DNA of 55,510 nucleotides from an uncultured Methanosarcinales archaeon (GTDB lineage Archaea > Nanobdellota > Nanobdellia > Woesearchaeales > GW2011-AR9), in NCBI GenBank assembly GCA_964434885.1, contig CAYSWQ010000005.1, positions 1 to 55,510 on the forward strand. Direction: 5' to 3'. Below are positions 52,046 to 55,510 of the stretch, piece by piece (position 1 is the first letter of the stretch; every line of letters begins with the position of its first letter). The notes below the pieces were generated by a model that worked only from the letters and a program-made list of their open reading frames with translations, was not told the DNA's origin and ran no database searches. The position numbers and the translations under genes were made by a program.

Positions 52046-53883
52046 TGTTTTTTATCCTCTTGTTCTTTTTTTATGGTGACTGTTCCAGGTTCGCACAATT
52101 GTAAACAAACAGTACAACCCCAACATAATTCAGAATTTATTTTTCCTTCAATGATTGCTGGACAAGCAAAACCATTGAGGTCTTTGATAGCTTGTTCTTT
52201 TTTATCTGGATTAATTTGATAAGTTAAGAATTTTTTCCCTTGTTTTCTCAATTTTCTTTTAGTTAATAAACGACATTCTCCTTGGGAAATTAAAACCCCT
52301 AATTCGTTTTTGTCAGTTAATTCTTTAATTGTTTGTAGAAGTTCTTTTTGGTTAAATGCATTAGCTGTTTTTACATTAGTTATTCCTAATGCTTTGACTA
52401 CATTTTCGATTTTAATATCATCTAGAGCATCACAAACGGGAGTACGACAAGTAGCGGGAATGGGTTGATGTCCAGTCATAGCAGTGGTATCATTATTTAG
52501 AATTACTACTAGGCCAGTTGAACCGTTTACTTTCATATTTGTTAAAGCAGGAATTCCAGCATGAAAGAAAGTAGAGTCTCCAATTAAACTAACAACTTTT
52601 TGGTTACTTACTTTTTTGATTCCATGGGCAATTCCTTCTCCCGCACCCATAGCAATTAAGAAATCTGCTACTCCCCAAGGTTTGAATGTTCCCAACATAT
52701 AACAACCAATATCTCCAGCCCAAACTACTTCTTCTCCTAAAACTTTTTTTAGAGCATAAAAAGTAGAAGCGTGAGGACAACCTGAACAGAGAACTGGTTT
52801 TCGAAGAGGTAAATTTAAGTTTGATTCTTCTTTTTGAAAGTTTGGAATGTTTATTTCTAAAACTGGAGCAATTTTTTCTAAAATTAAATCAGGAGTAAAT
52901 TCATTAACTTGGGGGAGAATATCTTTTCCGTGGATTTTTAGTTGAGGGTTGATTTCTTTAGCGATTTGTTTAACTTCGTTTTCGATAATTGGTTCTAATT
53001 CTTCGACAATTATGATTTTTTCTAAATCTTGAATAAATTCAGTGATAAATTTTTTACTGATTGGATAAGTGAAGTTTAATTTACCAAGTTTAATTTTATT
53101 GTCTGGGTTTATTTCTTTTTCAATCTCTTTAATGTGTAAATAAGAAACTCCATGAGTTAATATCCCAATTTTTCCAGTTCCTTCAATTTTGTTTAGATTA
53201 GAGTATTCTTCTTCAATATTTTTTATTTTGTCAATAGTTTTTTGATGAAGATCAAAGAGGCCTTGTTTAATATTATAATATCTTTTAGGGTCTTTTTCAA
53301 ATTTGCCAGTAGTTTTTGGAGGAGTTAATTCTCCTAATTCTACAGTTGCAGTACCATGACTTACCTTAGTTGTAGTTCTAACCATTACTGGAATTTGATA
53401 TTTTTCAGAAATTTCAAAAGCCAATTTAGTAAAATCTTTACATTCTTGAACAGAAGAAGGTTCGATAGTTGGAATATATCCTAATCTTGAAAAGTAACGA
53501 GAATCTTCCTCAGTTTGAGCTGAGCTGTGTCCTCCAGGATCATCAGCACACATAATAACGAAACTATTTTTTACACCAGTATAGATAATTGGGAGGAGAG
53601 AGTCACAAGCAACATTTAAACCAAAATGTTTCATTGCAGTCATTGCTTTAACACCAGAGAAAGCAGCACCAGCAGCAGCTTCTAAAGCTACTTTTTCATT
53701 AGTGCTCCATTCATAATAAAACCCTACTTGATTTGCTATTTTTGAAGCAGTTAAACCAACTTCGCTACTTGGAGTTCCAGGATAAGTAGCCATAAATCCA
53801 ACTCCTGCTTCTATTGCTCCTCTAACGATAGCTTCATTTCCTAATAAAACTACTTTTTTTCCTGGTTTTTCTAGAACATCCAT
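52042..53883 (-). CDS. iorA: Indolepyruvate:ferredoxin oxidoreductase alpha subunit
   Basis: LLGNEAIVRGAIEAGVGFMATYPGTPSSEV, TPP-binding GDIGCY...GDSTFFH, C-terminal ferredoxin-like Cys motifs. Confidence 0.9.
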   Translation of the reverse strand: MDVLEKPGKKVVLLGNEAIVRGAIEAGVGFMATYPGTPSSEVGLTASKIANQVGFYYEWSTNEKVALEAAAGAAFSGVKAMTAMKHFGLNVACDSLLPIIYTGVKNSFVIMCADDPGGHSSAQTEEDSRYFSRLGYIPTIEPSSVQECKDFTKLAFEISEKYQIPVMVRTTTKVSHGTATVELGELTPPKTTGKFEKDPKRYYNIKQGLFDLHQKTIDKIKNIEEEYSNLNKIEGTGKIGILTHGVSYLHIKEIEKEINPDNKIKLGKLNFTYPISKKFITEFIQDLEKIIIVEELEPIIENEVKQIAKEINPQLKIHGKDILPQVNEFTPDLILEKIAPVLEINIPNFQKEESNLNLPLRKPVLCSGCPHASTFYALKKVLGEEVVWAGDIGCYMLGTFKPWGVADFLIAMGAGEGIAHGIKKVSNQKVVSLIGDSTFFHAGIPALTNMKVNGSTGLVVILNNDTTAMTGHQPIPATCRTPVCDALDDIKIENVVKALGITNVKTANAFNQKELLQTIKELTDKNELGVLISQGECRLLTKRKLRKQGKKFLTYQINPDKKEQAIKDLNGFACPAIIEGKINSELCWGCTVCLQLCEPGTVTIKKEQEDKKQ

Positions 53884-54079
53884 TTTTATACCGAGAGGTT
53901 AATTATTTATAAGTTTTTGGGAATAAAGGGCTTAATCCAGAATAAAGAGCGTTTGAAGAAGGGCAATTAAGTATTAATTTTAACTAGAAAACAATGCATT
54001 TAAATAATTTAAATGAATAACAAACATTAATTGATATAATTAAGTAAAAGCAAATAATTAAAAATAAAAAAGGTGAAAA

Positions 54080-54823
54080 ATGAAATCAACATTATTTAAA
54101 TCACAAAGAGTAGGAGTTTTAGTAGATGTTCAAAATTTATATTATTCGGCCCGTAGTTTATATCATCGGAAAGTTAATTTTGAAAATGTTTTGAAAGATG
54201 CAGTTGGAAACAGAACCCCAATTAGAGCAATTGCTTATGTGGTTAAAACAGAGGAATTTAAAGAAAAGACTTTTTTTGAAGCATTAGAGAGAATTGGTTA
54301 CGAAATTAAAGCTAAAGATTTACAGATTTTTTATGGGGGAAATAAAAAAGCAGATTGGGATGTTGGTTTGGCCATGGATGCGATTGAATTAGCTGCTAAA
54401 TTAGATGTTATTGTAATTGTTTCTGGAGATGGAGATTATATTCCTCTAGTTCAACATTTGAAAAGAGCATTTGGTTGTAAAGTTGAAGCAATGGCTTTTG
54501 GAAAAACAACATCTTCAAAATTAAGAGAAGAAGTTGATGGGTTTATTGATTTGGATGAAAATAGTGGCCGGTATTTGAGAAAAGCAATTCCTTTTAGAGA
54601 AAATGGAAAATTTGATAGTAAAAAAGGGAAAGAAGAAAGGGCAAAAAGTTCTGTTAAACCTGCTTCGAGGAGTGGAGCTATTTCAAAAGTTAAATCAACT
54701 TCAACCAAATTAGTAAAAGAAACTAAGAAAAAAGAAGTAAAAACAAAAAAAGAAGAGAAAAAATCAACATTACCTAAAATTAATAAATCTGTTCCGAAAA
54801 CAAAACTTAAGACAACTAAATAA
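54080..54823 (+). CDS. NYN/LabA-like (DUF88) domain protein with a Lys-rich C-terminal tail
   Basis: VGVLVDVQNLYYSAR ... DWDVGLAMDAIE ... VIVSGDGDYIPLV, then K/S/T-rich low complexity. Confidence 0.75.
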   Translation: MKSTLFKSQRVGVLVDVQNLYYSARSLYHRKVNFENVLKDAVGNRTPIRAIAYVVKTEEFKEKTFFEALERIGYEIKAKDLQIFYGGNKKADWDVGLAMDAIELAAKLDVIVIVSGDGDYIPLVQHLKRAFGCKVEAMAFGKTTSSKLREEVDGFIDLDENSGRYLRKAIPFRENGKFDSKKGKEERAKSSVKPASRSGAISKVKSTSTKLVKETKKKEVKTKKEEKKSTLPKINKSVPKTKLKTTK

Positions 54824-54835
54824 ATTATCTTTAAA

Positions 54836-55510
54836 ATGACCTACAAAAAAAAGATTATTGAATTAAAGAATGTTTGGAAGACTTATTATATGGGAGATAT
54901 TTCTTTAGATGTTTTGAAAGGGGTTAATGTTGAAATTGAAGAAGGGGAATTTGTAGTTATTGTTGGTCCGAGTGGAAGTGGGAAATGTGTTACAGGAGAT
55001 ACATTAATTGTTTCTGAAGATGGCGAATTAATTCCTATTTGTGAAATAAGAAAACAGAAAGTATTTGCATTAAATAAGATGGGTGAAATGAAATCTTTCA
55101 AATATTCCAAATTCCACCAAAGAAGAGTAAGTAGTATTCTTGAACTAGAAACCACTTCTGGTAAAAAAATTAAATGTACTCCAGAACATCCTTTATTCAC
55201 AATAACTGAAAATGGTTTCAGTGAAATTAAAGCAAAAGATTCTTTAAATGAGTTTGTTGCTACACCGAGAATAATTTCATTTAAAGGGAAGCCCCAACAA
55301 TTAGATTCTTTTTCAAAGTTGAAAGCGGACAAAACATTAGTGATACATAACTCTTCTAATTTAGTTAAGGGTCTGTTTAAGAAACTAAAAGTTTCCAGGA
55401 AGGAAATCTGTAAAAAATTCAAGATTAAGCCCAATACTTATGATTATTGGTTACAAGGAAACAATATAAAACTATTTAATCTAGTTAGAATTTTAAGCCA
55501 TTACCCTAAA
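54836..55510 (+). CDS. ABC transporter ATP-binding protein (MacB/LolD-like), 5' part, interrupted by an intein within Walker A; runs off the window
   Basis: Hand translation: MTYKKKIIELKNVWKTYYMGDISLDVLKGVNVEIEEGEFVVIVGPSGSGK|CVTGDTLIVSEDGELIPICEI... The frame stays open to the window end. The track shows only an antisense shadow ORF here. Confidence 0.85.
   Translation, partial: MTYKKKIIELKNVWKTYYMGDISLDVLKGVNVEIEEGEFVVIVGPSGSGKCVTGDTLIVSEDGELIPICEIRKQKVFALNKMGEMKSFKYSKFHQRRVSSILELETTSGKKIKCTPEHPLFTITENGFSEIKAKDSLNEFVATPRIISFKGKPQQLDSFSKLKADKTLVIHNSSNLVKGLFKKLKVSRKEICKKFKIKPNTYDYWLQGNNIKLFNLVRILSHYPK
54986..55510 (+). mobile_element. Intein (N-terminal splicing domain plus start of the linker/endonuclease region), partial
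   Basis: Begins with Cys immediately after GPSGSGK. Block A is CVTGDTLIVSEDGELIPI and block B is GKKIKCTPEHPLFT (TxxH). No return to ABC sequence (ST..., Q-loop) occurs before the window end. Confidence 0.8.

Noticed and set aside
54886-55434. 182-aa minus-strand ORF from the supplied track
   Set aside because: It is the antisense shadow of the + strand ABC-ATPase/intein frame. That frame carries unmistakable Walker A and intein block A/B motifs, whereas the minus-strand peptide is low-complexity with no motif.

Overview
AT-rich archaeal chromosome segment. The translation genes are of archaeal type (aIF5B, aEF-1beta, Trm1, RtcA, ABCE1, archaeal GluRS, uS2), promoters are BRE/TATA-like, and tRNAs carry introns. 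This best fits a small-genome, DPANN-like archaeon. Layout: (i) 0-6.3 kb: translation and RNA-processing genes, tRNA-Pro, and a doubly interrupted tRNA-Trp. (ii) 7.5-17.7 kb: very AT-rich glycan locus with three small paralogous ORFs coupled to galE, a flippase and a polytopic membrane protein, converging on GT2 + 3x GT4, an S-layer-like protein and a sugar nucleotidyltransferase. (iii) 19-28 kb: envelope module with a TM-anchored giant coiled-coil protein, a secreted Lys-rich protein ending in an OMP-like beta-barrel, a 988-aa multi-Ig adhesin carrying a perfect 233-bp internal duplication, and an S-layer-like paralogue. (iv) 28-37 kb: housekeeping genes including a fused PyrB-PyrI, ABCE1 and an lgt-TM2-cupredoxin lipoprotein operon. 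(v) 37.6-44.6 kb: three copies of an unassigned hairpin/RNA motif with covarying stems, next to GluRS, uS2 and HTH genes. (vi) 44.6-50.4 kb: yvcK-HAD-glmU-like operon, a sequon-rich PGF-pre-PGF surface glycoprotein and a signal peptidase. (vii) iorAB, a NYN protein, and an ABC ATPase whose Walker A is split by an intein that runs off the window. No rRNA, CRISPR, transposase, integrase or reverse transcriptase was seen. All functional calls come from motif recognition by eye; no database search or folding program was run.
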